From contig OW569356.1 of NCBI GenBank assembly GCA_937625935.1, positions 372,001-436,000 of the forward strand: 64,000 nt of DNA, written 5' to 3'. The notes under the pieces are model-generated. The model was not told where the DNA came from. It made no database searches and was given only the letters and a program-made list of their open reading frames with translations. Shown here in pieces: positions 46,014 through 56,693 of this stretch. Made by a program: the position numbers and the translations under genes. Position 1 is the stretch's first letter, and the number at the start of each line of letters is the position of its first letter. The DNA is from Tetramitus jugosus. Its lineage: Eukaryota > Protista > Heterolobosea.

Positions 46014-48263
46014 TCATTCGCCAGACAGGCAACAATTGTCACAAATGGATTTGGCTTGCTGGAAGTGTTTTTGTGTGACAAATTGTCGGTAGTAGGACAT
46101 GCCATTGTACACTTCCTGAACCTTTTCAAACACGTATTGGATGTGGTTAATGAGATTGGTTTGAACGTGTTTGTCCTCTTTCAACATGTCCAAGATGTAC
46201 TCTAGTTCCATGAGTTGACCCACGGGTATCGTTTCAATTGGCATTGTTTTTGTAACATCCTCAGTGATCTTTTGCTCAACGTTCCACAGAGCTATTCGAT
46301 GAGTTCTTTGTTCCATTGGTACACCAATCAGCAGAATATGACTGGCAGGGGGAATAGGCAAGTGCTTAAACCGCCTACCCAATGCCGTTCCAAATTCATA
46401 GTACACATAGTGTGGATTACGACAAATGTCAGCCTTGTTGATGACAAAGTACAGCTTGTCATAAATACTCGCTCCAAAGTACTTGTAGGATGAAGTGTCT
46501 TGAGCGCTAGATGCCAATCCTGAGCCCCCACCAAAGTAATCTTCAGTGAGATTACCGGCAGAAGATATCATACTTGAAACACGGGTTTCCAGAGCACTAT
46601 AGCACGAAGAGATGATCGAGGTCAGCATCGATGACTTGTTAGTATTGGAAGACGAGTTGATCGTGCTTGCCATTTGTTGGTGCACCTGATTGAACATTCT
46701 GTTCCTTGTGTTCTGATCCAAAACTGTCAACTGCAGCATATGAAGTGCATTGCCCATGGATAAAATATGTGTTGGGCTCGCCATGAACAACACAAGACTC
46801 GATTGTCTATAGAAGAACTCTAACAGATCAATGTTGGCCCTAAATTTCTCCACGTCCAACACACTCTCATCATTGAAGCCCGGTGAGTCAATCATGATCA
46901 GATTACACACAGTAGGTCGCCCGTTCGATTGATAGCCTAACATGTCCCAGTCCTCGAGAATCTGTTTCTCCTTTTTCATCATCTTCTCATTGTTGTTGCT
47001 GTTTCGTTTGAGTTTCGATAGTTCTGATCCAGACACGAATCGCTCATTCACAATAATACACTTTACGAGTGAATCATACTTTAAGAAAATGCTCTTCATG
47101 TGCGATTCAAAGAATTGACGATACCGTCTCACTTTGCTCAACTGCTTCAACTCTAACCACACTAGTCCTTTCCTGGGATCTGTCTCTAATCTTTGCACAG
47201 GTCGATGCAACCAATTCGGTCCCATTCGATCTTCCAATTCCTTTGCCTTTCTGTCCATGCTCAATCGAATCTCTTCCTCTTCGGCAGAGGCAGTCGAAGC
47301 CGATGAAAAACTTTGCAACATTTCAATAAATTCACTCTCGGGCACCGACTCTATAATAGTGAACTGAGAGTCGACTGCATGTTCGCCTGTTACACGAACA
47401 TTGCATCCAAACAAATGATTGATCAGAGAGCTCTTTCCAGATGATTGATCACCCAGTATGGTAACCACTTGTTTACCCAGTGGAGTCGAACAATAATCTA
47501 GCTCGAAATGATCCTTTGCCAATTGTACCAACTGATCCAAATGAAGTTGTAAATGATTTTGTTGTTTCTGTAGCTGAGTGCGATGATTTTGCTGTTGTTT
47601 TCGTTGTGATTTCTGTTGTTTTGGTTGCTTTTGTTCATTTTCATTTGTTGTTGTGAATGCATGTTCAATCATTGACCTGGGAGATGGGGAACTACTACTA
47701 GTGATAGTGTTCGGCTTTGTGTGTGGTGTTTCTTTGGATTCAGGTGATGATATGGCACTTGATGTTGTTGTTGTTGTTGCCTTCATCTGTTGTGATGATG
47801 CGTGTGGTTGTAAAGGTCGTTTGCTTGTTGTTCTTGTAGCTGTTGTTGTTGATGATGACGATGACGATGACGATGATGATGGTGGTGGTGGTGCGACATT
47901 GTTTGTACCTGCTGTTTGTGATGAGGATGATGACGGTAAAGGTCTTGGTTTTGTGATTGTTGTTGTTGGTTGTTTTGTTTGCTTGTTGCTGTCCACTGTT
48001 ATTTGTGAAGAAGAAGTTGATGTTAGAGTCGAAGAAGGAGAAGGTTTCTTTCTCACTGCCTGTTTTGTTGTTGTTGTTGATGATGATGTGGAGGTGGTTG
48101 TCTTGTTGTTGTTGTCACTGGAGGAGAAGATGGATCGAAGGGAAGTGTCATCATCGTCAAACAAGTTTACAGGAGCAGCAGTGGCACTTTTAGGAGATTG
48201 TTTGGGAGGAGGTTTCTGTGGTTGTTGTTGTTGTTGTTGCAATGTAGTGGATGGTTGCTGCAT
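46014..48263 (-). CDS. Dynamin-superfamily (EHD/sarcalumenin-like) NTPase with long S/T/Q-rich N-terminus
   Basis: ILGDQSSGKSSLINHL, IDSPGF and FVINKAD. Confidence 0.75.
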   Translation of the reverse strand: MQQPSTTLQQQQQQPQKPPPKQSPKSATAAPVNLFDDDDTSLRSIFSSSDNNNKTTTSTSSSTTTTKQAVRKKPSPSSTLTSTSSSQITVDSNKQTKQPTTTITKPRPLPSSSSSQTAGTNNVAPPPPSSSSSSSSSSTTTATRTTSKRPLQPHASSQQMKATTTTTSSAISSPESKETPHTKPNTITSSSSPSPRSMIEHAFTTTNENEQKQPKQQKSQRKQQQNHRTQLQKQQNHLQLHLDQLVQLAKDHFELDYCSTPLGKQVVTILGDQSSGKSSLINHLFGCNVRVTGEHAVDSQFTIIESVPESEFIEMLQSFSSASTASAEEEEIRLSMDRKAKELEDRMGPNWLHRPVQRLETDPRKGLVWLELKQLSKVRRYRQFFESHMKSIFLKYDSLVKCIIVNERFVSGSELSKLKRNSNNNEKMMKKEKQILEDWDMLGYQSNGRPTVCNLIMIDSPGFNDESVLDVEKFRANIDLLEFFYRQSSLVLFMASPTHILSMGNALHMLQLTVLDQNTRNRMFNQVHQQMASTINSSSNTNKSSMLTSIISSCYSALETRVSSMISSAGNLTEDYFGGGSGLASSAQDTSSYKYFGASIYDKLYFVINKADICRNPHYVYYEFGTALGRRFKHLPIPPASHILLIGVPMEQRTHRIALWNVEQKITEDVTKTMPIETIPVGQLMELEYILDMLKEDKHVQTNLINHIQYVFEKVQEVYNGMSYYRQFVTQKHFQQAKSICDNCCLSGE

Positions 48264-48446
48264 CGTGTCTCTCAGTTCAGTTGTTTTGTTCTGGTTGAGC
48301 GCTTTTTCTGTGAGCTTTCTCCACAACAGGCAAGAGAAGGTGATTCCAAGCTGAGAAGCATATGGTTTTCCAGCTGCAGAAAAAATTGTCGGGGAGTAAA
48401 TTTATCGTCGCGGCAATCTACGGAAAATCACCAACTCTCTTGGAAG

Positions 48447-51146
48447 ATGTTCATGCAATCGAATCATGCAGTGGGTAGAGAAGCCAGAAGAAACAAAAAG
48501 TATGGAGTTTCTGACGTGGATATGTTGAAAGAGCTCGATGAAGCAGTTCAGAGAAAAAATAGGGAAAAGATGATGGAAGCTCAAAGGGAGAAGCAAGAGA
48601 TTATGGAGCATTACCGGAATTATGATTTGGGAGTTCAGGAAAGGTTAGAGGGAGACAAGTTAGATGCAAGAGGTTTTGATGAACCAGAGATCATTCGGAC
48701 CAGAGCTGCCGAAGTCGAGAGTGCATCGCGATCGAAGAATGAATTGTTTGGTTCGAACTCATTGAATAATTACAATGAGAATGAACGTTTCAGAGATGCA
48801 ACCAAGAACGATGATACGCTTACTAGAAGAAAAAACAATATTAGCCGGCGAGTATTTGACATATTCAATGAAGAAGATCAACGAGAAAATGAACGGGGAA
48901 CAATGATTGCTCAGGGAAGAGCAGACAATAGAATAGAAGAGGAAGGAATCGTGAATCGAAGAAGGAGTAAGAGAGATGAGGTATACGAGAGAAAGAAACA
49001 GCTTCATTTGGCGCGACAAAGAGGAATAGATATTGATGAAGTTGATGAGTTTCCCCAGAGGATGCAGAGACACTCTGCTCGGAGAGAACATCCACCAATA
49101 CCTATGCCTATAAGCCGAGAGGACACCAAAGATACTCCATCTTTCTTTGACAAATTTGGAGGGGATGCTAGTCCTAAACCGAAGCTTGGTCAACCCACTG
49201 GGGTTATTAGAGTGAATGACAGTTACGAAGAAAAAAAGAAACAATTCGCTAAAAACTTGAGCAACGCAAGCTCGGGAGGGCTGTTTGACAAATTAGGACA
49301 CAATGAACAACCAAAAGGAAGAGTGTACGGAACTGTTGCAAGAATGGAACCATCTCACTCCAGTAGGAGCCCTGTCAATCAAGACCGCCCATCGAAGTTC
49401 GACTACCAGTTTAATGATTCACTTTCCTCTCCAACGAAAGAAAAATCTATTACAGATATGGTTGAACAAGAAACTGTACAGAGGAAAAGAGAACAAGCTC
49501 GAAGAGCATTGGAGTATCAGCGAGAAATTGAGAAGCAGATTCAAGAGAAGGAAGAAAGACAGAGGGTTCAACGAGTAAAGGAAAAGGATCAGGAGGAGAG
49601 AGAACATAGGAGAATGATAGAAGAACAATCTTCTCAGAGGAGGAAAATCTCTTTCGATGAACCACTTTCTCAAGATTTTGTTACTCGAAAGAACAGCACC
49701 CTTGAAAATAGAGAGGTAAACTCACTCTCCCCTCGTGGTGTCAAAAGCGGAGCACTCAAGTACTCTGAACCGAATGCTGTGAGAGAGAGGGAAACAAAGC
49801 AAGAAAAACAAAGATTGTATCAATTGGAATTAGCAGCTCAAGCTGAAGAACAGAGAAGGGCCAAACAATTACAAAAAGAAAAAGAAAGGGAAGAGGAGAG
49901 AAAAGAATCTGAAAGGATCAAGAGAGAAGTAGAAGAGGAAAAAAGACGATTTGCTTTAGAGAAAGAAAAAGAGAAAGAAACAAAGGGTACTTCATTGAAG
50001 GAGACGCCGGTGGTGATTGAGAAGAAGACTGGAGAAGAACAACCACCAACGGTGAACGAGTCCCTTGAAGATATAATGAAAGCAAGAAAAGAATCTAGGA
50101 AGAATACATTGGAAAATAATCAACTATCGGACAACGCTCCTGAACAAGGTGCATCTACGGAAGATAAGATTATTCCAATAGATTCTGAGGAAAGAGAGCC
50201 TCCTCGTGTACAAAGAACCAAAAGAGAGAGAGCTCGGACACAAACTGATGAAAGTGATTCGGATGATTTTATCATAGAAGAAAGAATTATAACTAGAGTT
50301 CCAAAGAGTAAGGGCAAGAAGAAGCGAAATGAAAAATCTGAGAAGGATGTGGCGGAGTTGCTAGCGAATTACCTTCAGGGACTTGCTTCGAACTTTAACG
50401 CTGTGAAGGAAGAGTTGGACTCAGTAAAGAAGAAAATCAATGATAAACCTGATATTGGCGATCCACCAAAAGAGCCTCCTCAAGAGATACCACCTGAGGT
50501 CCCTGACAAGAAACCAAAAATCCAATCCCAATTTGTTCAAGGATTACGGGACAGCATTGAGTTAGGAAGATCTCTAGAAACAGAGAGTGTTTTTCTGTTC
50601 CCCACCGTGGAACCTGACACTCGAATTCAACAGCCTAGACCTCGATCTGCAAGAAGAATCAGAACTCCGCGCTTTGATAGGCTAATGCCAGCAGACATTA
50701 ACAAGATCATGGTAGACAGTGACAGTGAAGGCGAAGACTATTTTAGTCAAATCCTAGAAATGAATTTGGGCAGAAACAGGGATTTAGAAGTTATAGCTTC
50801 AGAAACTTCCTTTGAGAAGGCTAAAGATTTAGTTGGTGAATACTTAGCAAGAACAACACCGAAGAGTCATCCAAGAACACCCAATACTGCATCTGAAACT
50901 TCTCATACGTATCGAGAAAAGAGTGTCATATCGACTAATTCTTCTGTTAATTCCTCTGTATCATCTCCACTAGGAAGAAGACTTCAGAGACCGAGATCTG
51001 CAGTTGTGGAACAATCATTGCCTTCTCACTCGAAATTTATTTCAAATCTGGCTCATGGATTTGAGTTCAACGACTCAGATTCAGATGGAGATACTTTGGG
51101 ATCGGAAACACGGTTATGTCTGAATGACTCAGGAACTCCTTCCTAA
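48447..51146 (+). CDS. Coiled-coil protein, possibly CCDC66/CSPP1-like
   Basis: ORF of about 900 aa with repeated YQ.E(L/I)..Q..E..R....KEK..EE charged helices. The family call is tentative. Confidence 0.5.
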   Translation: MFMQSNHAVGREARRNKKYGVSDVDMLKELDEAVQRKNREKMMEAQREKQEIMEHYRNYDLGVQERLEGDKLDARGFDEPEIIRTRAAEVESASRSKNELFGSNSLNNYNENERFRDATKNDDTLTRRKNNISRRVFDIFNEEDQRENERGTMIAQGRADNRIEEEGIVNRRRSKRDEVYERKKQLHLARQRGIDIDEVDEFPQRMQRHSARREHPPIPMPISREDTKDTPSFFDKFGGDASPKPKLGQPTGVIRVNDSYEEKKKQFAKNLSNASSGGLFDKLGHNEQPKGRVYGTVARMEPSHSSRSPVNQDRPSKFDYQFNDSLSSPTKEKSITDMVEQETVQRKREQARRALEYQREIEKQIQEKEERQRVQRVKEKDQEEREHRRMIEEQSSQRRKISFDEPLSQDFVTRKNSTLENREVNSLSPRGVKSGALKYSEPNAVRERETKQEKQRLYQLELAAQAEEQRRAKQLQKEKEREEERKESERIKREVEEEKRRFALEKEKEKETKGTSLKETPVVIEKKTGEEQPPTVNESLEDIMKARKESRKNTLENNQLSDNAPEQGASTEDKIIPIDSEEREPPRVQRTKRERARTQTDESDSDDFIIEERIITRVPKSKGKKKRNEKSEKDVAELLANYLQGLASNFNAVKEELDSVKKKINDKPDIGDPPKEPPQEIPPEVPDKKPKIQSQFVQGLRDSIELGRSLETESVFLFPTVEPDTRIQQPRPRSARRIRTPRFDRLMPADINKIMVDSDSEGEDYFSQILEMNLGRNRDLEVIASETSFEKAKDLVGEYLARTTPKSHPRTPNTASETSHTYREKSVISTNSSVNSSVSSPLGRRLQRPRSAVVEQSLPSHSKFISNLAHGFEFNDSDSDGDTLGSETRLCLNDSGTPS

Positions 51147-51409
51147 ATTTCGATCACTTCCTTTGTACCCTCATATCTAGGGAAGTTCAATTATTGGCGA
51201 AGAAGAGATGATTTTATCGTACAATTTCGGTTGCTATCACACAATTCAGAAGGTCGGATTCCATACACACATTGTATTCATAAAGCATCAACATCATCTC
51301 TTTAACACCAAGGCTTGTGAAGAGACAGACATAACTTGAAACTTCGTACTGCTACCTGTCAAGCAAATCTTGCTTGAGGGAAAATTCAATTGTTTTTTAA
51401 TGCAGAGTT

Positions 51410-51943
51410 GTGGTTCTTTTCTCTTATTTAGAGCCCAAGAAGACAATTGCTTTCGAACGAGTGAAACTACCATTCTCTGATCCTGTTCGAGATCTCAGAC
51501 TTTCTCCACTTGGTACTCATATGATGCTTAGAACAGAGAAGGATTTATGGGTCAGTGGATCGAATAAGTCTGGTCAATTGCTCACCGGAGACTGTAAGCA
51601 GGTGAATGGCATACAAAAGTGTAACATTGAAAGCATCGTGGGCAATGACGAGTATCGCTTGTTTTTGGCCAGAGGTAGGACCTTTATGGCCACAAGAGAC
51701 AATCTTTATTGTGTAGGAGAGAACAGGTACGGTCAACTTGGTCTCCTCGATAACATTACGAATTACAAGGTGCGCAGAGTGCCGATTGATTTCAGTGACA
51801 AGGAGCTTGTTGGCGTGGAGGGGGGCTACGATTTCACATTCTTTGTTTGCAGACGAACAAACTGTTATGGCTTCATGAACAATTTACATCGATGTTTATC
51901 GCACAGTGGCTTTGTGGATATTGAGGTGAAGACTGAAGAATAA
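51410..51943 (+). pseudogene. RCC1-repeat gene fragment (probably 5'-decayed)
   Basis: LWVSGSNKSGQL, LYCVGENRYGQLG and GGYDFTFF; C-terminal FVDIEV resembles YMDVEI of the 33102 gene. No clean ATG or upstream frame. Confidence 0.6.
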
Positions 51944-51952
51944 GCACAAAAT

Positions 51953-52312
51953 TTACTCGTGTGGCATTCCTACGAAGCTATCGACTCTCCAGAACGCAAG
52001 GATCAAGTCTCTCAAATGGTCTTGATCGACCTCTTGGAGAAGTCTCTTCCATCTCCTCCTTAGATTAAAACATGTATCGAGAACGGTGACACCCTGATTG
52101 CCATTTGTTTTCCTCAACCCTCTGCCCATTTGCTGAACAAACACCAATTCTGATTCTGTTGGTCTCGCCAGTACAACACAACCAATATCCTTCACATCGA
52201 ATCCCTCATTCATCATCATAACGTTGATCACAATTTTAATGTGGCCAGCATGAAACTTGTCCAATACATCTTCCAGGACACACATATCAAGAAACCGCGG
52301 ATCTCGATGCAT
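51953..52312 (-). pseudogene. Orphan helicase C-terminal domain (ResIII/Irc3-like SF2)
   Basis: VINVMMMNEGFDVKDIGCVVLARPTESELVFVQQMGRGLRK gives motifs V and VI; the N-terminal ATPase half is absent. Confidence 0.8.
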
Positions 52313-52316
52313 ATAC

Positions 52317-52720
52317 TTTTTTTTCCATCTTTAACTCTTTGACTTGGCTGGTCTCATAAACTCCAGCTTGTCCAATTTGGCCTTGAATTCCTCAACCAGT
52401 TCCTTTCTTGCCCTTTTGGCTTCCTCACATTCCACTATTAAGTGGTTGATAGTCTCTGGGGCGCTTGCGCAGTGAGCACACATGACCTCTATCAACGGCT
52501 CAAACAAGTCGCGCAGGACAGTATGGAGCGTCCACTTCTGACTTGCTCAACGCTTTATCACCTATCCTATCAACACTTCCAGAGTGCCATTCGGTGTTCG
52601 CCACTCCTCCCATCTCTTTTCGCATGGTTTGCCAAGAATTTCCATGGAAGCCCTTATGCTTGAGTATCTTGCTGGGCCAATGTCCTTCAACTTGAACTTT
52701 GCTTCTAACGGCTCGAATTT
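52317..52720 (-). mobile_element. Old, internally deleted copy 3 of the same non-LTR family, upstream of tRNA-Asp
   Basis: Manual translation of the minus strand: KFEPLEAKFKLKDIGPARY...EQVRSG/TLHTVLRDLF...MCAHCASAPETINHLIVECEEAKRAR. It shares QVRSGTLHT (1-nt frameshift) and the CCHC finger with copies 1 and 2. The finger is not in the supplied ORF track. Confidence 0.85.
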
Positions 52721-52756
52721 TAAAAAAGTACAAATGTTAGGGAAATGAAAGTATCT

Positions 52757-52827
52757 TCGGTCATGGTATAGGGGTAGCATTTCAGACTGTCACTCTGGCG
52801 ACCCGGGTTCGATTCCCGGTGATCGAG
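52757..52827 (+). tRNA. tRNA-Asp(GTC)
   Basis: Acceptor TCGGTCA/TGATCGA, anticodon arm TCAGA-CTGTCAC-TCTGG, T arm CCGGG-TTCGATT-CCCGG, discriminator G, T-run terminator. Confidence 0.94.
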
Positions 52828-53031
52828 TTGTTTTGCTCCTGTTTTTGATTGGGTTGTGGTTTATTTTTGGCCTTCAGATTTTTGGTCATTTCTGGGTGTT
52901 CATCTCGCCCATCAAGGCAACCGTGTTCCAACTGGCTAATCATCTCTTCGCTTTGTTGTTAGGAGCGAAAACGCTCGTTCAGAAAGATTCAAACCACCAA
53001 CAAACGACGTGTTCCTATCCCAACAACCATC

Positions 53032-54468
53032 ATGGATGTTCGTTATCCCCCTTTTTCTCGTCTGTTGTTAATCGATGATTTGTTACCTGTTATCCTGCAG
53101 TATCTTCCACTCAGAGAACGATACATGTGGGTACACGAATGCTCAAAATCTCTGAGAACTCAAATCCAGAGGGCAAATCATGGAGTGGGTCCCAACAGTG
53201 TCTCCATGCTCCCCACAGGAGTGCAAGTATGTGTCACCAAGACTGGTGGTCTATCACAATTGGACATTCTCGTGCACAATATGCTGGACAAGCTATTGCC
53301 AAAGCGACTGTACATTGACTCCTCCTCGTTGGCGACGGCTGAACATTGGGACCAAAATCTTAATAAGGCGAAAATAGACCACTCGGCGGCTTTTAAAATT
53401 AGTTGTGCCGCCAAAAAATCATCTACGAATACCACAGTGTCTCAGCACAATACAGTGTTTGATCTACATGTGCATCGGAATTATTTGTGTACCCCAAAGG
53501 AGTATCACGTGTCTTATCCAGTGAGGAGTGGACCGTGCCCGACTGCTGATTTTCAGATTTGTGTCGTTGGTGAGACGTGCTCTGATTTTTTGCACACGCT
53601 GAAGCACTATGCCACGAGAACGCAACATTGGTTCATACCGAACTGTGTGTTTGTTAATTTGTGTGAATGTGAGGAGATGAGTCAGCTATTGAGTGATTTT
53701 TGTTGCTCGAACCAACATTTTTACGTCCGAATGAACAGACACATGAGTCTGATCCAAATGGAGCATGTATTGAAACGAGTGGTGTATCAAGGTGTACGAA
53801 ATGATACTGTTGACTTGAGAATACCGTCTCTCATGATTGACAAGTTTATTCATTCCTCAAAAACATGTTCTCCAATGAATCATCATGTGTGTCGACCATT
53901 CTTCACAGATCAATTATTTGAGTTTATTGCTCGCGAAATGGTTCATTCTAATTGTGATTTGAGAAGCGTATTTGCTGAAATGATCAGCAGGCAGACCAAT
54001 GCTCTATCGAGTAATGAGTTTACGTTTCGAGCCATGTACCATGAAAAGAAGTTCGATCTGGCGAAAATATTGAGTAAGATTGGTTGGAGTTACTGGTCAC
54101 CAGAGCTCCAAATGGCAATGATAAAGCGAATTGCAAACGATATTCTGTTTGTTTCGGAATCGAAACACATTGTGCATGCACAGGTACCTCATGTTCGACT
54201 ATTGGAAGCCATATCACGAAATGAGCTCGAGTATCATGAACCAATCTATCAGAGATCTGAAGATTGCATTTCTGTGCGATGGTGGTGCTTTCAGAGTGAT
54301 GCTTTGCCTTCTTCAAGCTCTAATCGACAAGTCTGGAACCGGTACACAATTTTTAAGTACGAGGTGACGTTCCCTCTGCGTCCTCCGTTCACAATGACCG
54401 GAGACTATCAACCAAGGACATTGCACCAATTCTCTGGAAAGAAGGAATCAAAGTGCAAAATAATGTAA
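53032..54468 (+). CDS. F-box-like protein with C-terminal CaaX (CKIM)
   Basis: N-terminal LIDDLLPVILQYLPLRER..VHECSK; 478-aa ORF. Confidence 0.6.
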   Translation: MDVRYPPFSRLLLIDDLLPVILQYLPLRERYMWVHECSKSLRTQIQRANHGVGPNSVSMLPTGVQVCVTKTGGLSQLDILVHNMLDKLLPKRLYIDSSSLATAEHWDQNLNKAKIDHSAAFKISCAAKKSSTNTTVSQHNTVFDLHVHRNYLCTPKEYHVSYPVRSGPCPTADFQICVVGETCSDFLHTLKHYATRTQHWFIPNCVFVNLCECEEMSQLLSDFCCSNQHFYVRMNRHMSLIQMEHVLKRVVYQGVRNDTVDLRIPSLMIDKFIHSSKTCSPMNHHVCRPFFTDQLFEFIAREMVHSNCDLRSVFAEMISRQTNALSSNEFTFRAMYHEKKFDLAKILSKIGWSYWSPELQMAMIKRIANDILFVSESKHIVHAQVPHVRLLEAISRNELEYHEPIYQRSEDCISVRWWCFQSDALPSSSSNRQVWNRYTIFKYEVTFPLRPPFTMTGDYQPRTLHQFSGKKESKCKIM

Positions 54469-54621
54469 ACAATGTACAATACATACGTAGTATTTAATTT
54501 ATTCTTCTGTCATCATCGCACATCACTTGCGCTTTCACCGAACTTCAAACGAAACTTCTTCCGGGACAAGAAAAAAGGAAAGCACACCAAGAAAAAAAAG
54601 TAAAGGAAAACAGCAGGAGAC

Positions 54622-56448
54622 ATGAAAAACAGCAGTAGTAGTGGTTCCACCTCTATGTTTACCGACAATCTTCCTTCTGAAGAACAAATGGTACTTCAAG
54701 GTTCTTCTCGCAACCTCTCATCGCCCAACATTTTGCTCGTTGGTCAAGGGGGCTCTGGCAAAAGTAGTCTAGTGAATCACATTTTCCAAACAAGTGATGC
54801 ACCTGTTGGGTTTGGTCGCTCAGTGACGCAGGACATGACTCATTACTCTCTAGAGACAAGACAGGCTAGTGACGAAGGCACAAATGAGGATGATGCTGTG
54901 AATGTAGGTGTAGGTGGCGGTGGTAGTACTGTTGTGCTGTTTGACTCGAAAGGACTGGAGATGAACTATTGGATGAGTCGGGAAAAGGACACCAATAGAG
55001 AAGCCTCTGCATCAGGTAGAAACAAGCTCATTCAGTTTCTGAATGAAATGGCAAAAGTGAAAAATCCATTGAACAAGTTGCATATCGTGTGGTACTTGGT
55101 TCCTGCAAATGGACTGCGGTTCAGTGAGGCAGACAAGGACATTTGTGAGAATTTGTTGGGTGATTATCCAGTGTTCATTATTTTGACAAAGTGTGATCTT
55201 GTGTGTGATGAACAGATTATGCAAATGAGACAAACGATTGACCAAATGAATGTGCGCAATTGCTACGGTATTTATTTGTCATCCATTTATGCAGAGCAGA
55301 ATCGAGTGGTCAGTAGTTATACGAGGCTATGTGTAAATAATTGTTTGAATCATACCCCGACATTGAGTCGAGTTAGGCCTCAGACTCTATTTTGTTCCGA
55401 GTGCAAATCTAGTCAATCAGCCTGTCTATTTTGTAACGATGCCGCCATTGTGTTAGATGTTGCCACAAGTACATGGTATTGCAAGGCATGTCACAGTGAA
55501 TGGGATGCAATTAGAAGAGTGTACTTGGACTGGTCAATCGATTTGATTGACTCATGCTATCGTCTATTGTATGATATTGATTCCGCACTGGCAATTTCCT
55601 TCTCTAATAGCTTACTAGATCGCTCGCGTAGTGAGAGGTATAGAATTGTTGCCTCTGCAGCAGCAATCGCAGCAGCCACAGCAACAGCGGCCACCATTGC
55701 AGCCATTCCCATTCCCTTCTCTGATTGTTTCCTCATCGTACCGACCCAGATGATATTACTGGCATCGATCGCGTCCATATGGTCATTTCAGCTGTCTAAA
55801 CACAAGAGAAATTGGGGATTCGTCATCTCAAAAACTTTGCTTGGACCGACTGCTTCATTCTTTGGCATGCAACTGGCCAATGTTCTGAAGATGATTCCAG
55901 GTGCCAATGTCGTTGGATGTGGTATCAACGCTGGAATTGCAAGCTCCATCACAGCGGCTGTTGGTATCATGTACACGATTGCTTTTGCAAAAATTTGGAA
56001 GAAGCAAGTGGAAGAAGGTGCCGTACAGGAACAGTACGCAGAGGAAGTACTATCGAACTTTGTCTCATTCAACTTCTTTAGAGACGTACTCAACTCGTTC
56101 AAGCTCAATTTCATCACCTCATTTACCACCAACACCCTTGTATCCCTAATTGAAAAGCTAAGCCGTCGATACGGGGGTGATCCAATCGAGCGATACGACG
56201 CGTTGCATTATGCCCAAGAAATACGTATAAAGTTGGAAGATATGTTCTCAGACGAGCCTGGCAAAGATCTATCTCAAAGAATTGAGAATAGCAAACGCGA
56301 AGACAAGAAAAAGATGCACGAAATCAAACAATTTGTGGACGTTATTCTGTACACGAACAGTTGTCGATCCAAGACGGCCAAAGCCAAAGAATATTATGAC
56401 TACCTCCAGTCAAATCATCACAACAACAGAATCTCCAATGTCCAATGA
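54622..56448 (+). CDS. Era/YeeP-like GTPase + Cys-rich insert + DUF697(YcjF)-like membrane domain
   Basis: GQGGSGKSSLVN, DSKGLE and LTKCD; CxxC pairs; AAIPIPFSDCFLIVPTQMILLASIASIW. Confidence 0.8.
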   Translation: MKNSSSSGSTSMFTDNLPSEEQMVLQGSSRNLSSPNILLVGQGGSGKSSLVNHIFQTSDAPVGFGRSVTQDMTHYSLETRQASDEGTNEDDAVNVGVGGGGSTVVLFDSKGLEMNYWMSREKDTNREASASGRNKLIQFLNEMAKVKNPLNKLHIVWYLVPANGLRFSEADKDICENLLGDYPVFIILTKCDLVCDEQIMQMRQTIDQMNVRNCYGIYLSSIYAEQNRVVSSYTRLCVNNCLNHTPTLSRVRPQTLFCSECKSSQSACLFCNDAAIVLDVATSTWYCKACHSEWDAIRRVYLDWSIDLIDSCYRLLYDIDSALAISFSNSLLDRSRSERYRIVASAAAIAAATATAATIAAIPIPFSDCFLIVPTQMILLASIASIWSFQLSKHKRNWGFVISKTLLGPTASFFGMQLANVLKMIPGANVVGCGINAGIASSITAAVGIMYTIAFAKIWKKQVEEGAVQEQYAEEVLSNFVSFNFFRDVLNSFKLNFITSFTTNTLVSLIEKLSRRYGGDPIERYDALHYAQEIRIKLEDMFSDEPGKDLSQRIENSKREDKKKMHEIKQFVDVILYTNSCRSKTAKAKEYYDYLQSNHHNNRISNVQ

Positions 56449-56693
56449 GAAGACAATCATCGCACCATGTGACACTCACTCTCTCTAGGTAAACTCCAAT
56501 TCCATTCTGTAAAACACACACGAACAACCAAAAAGATATCTCCCAAAATCACCATCAACAACAAACCCGCTGATATCTCCAAAAATAGCGAGAGCTTGGA
56601 TTCATTGCAATCTGGCAGCAAAGAGCGACAACTTGAATATTCACAACAACAAACAAATAGTTTTGTTTTCAACAACAAAAAACAACAACAGCG

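Noticed and set aside
47653-48354. 233-aa Val/Asp/Cys-rich plus-strand ORF
   Set aside because: Antisense of the S/T/Q low-complexity N-terminus of the EHD-like gene.
52314-52729. 9-bp inverted match TACTTTTTT/AAAAAAGTA around copy 3, as possible TIRs
   Set aside because: Low complexity, and the enclosed sequence is non-LTR-derived, so chance is more likely.
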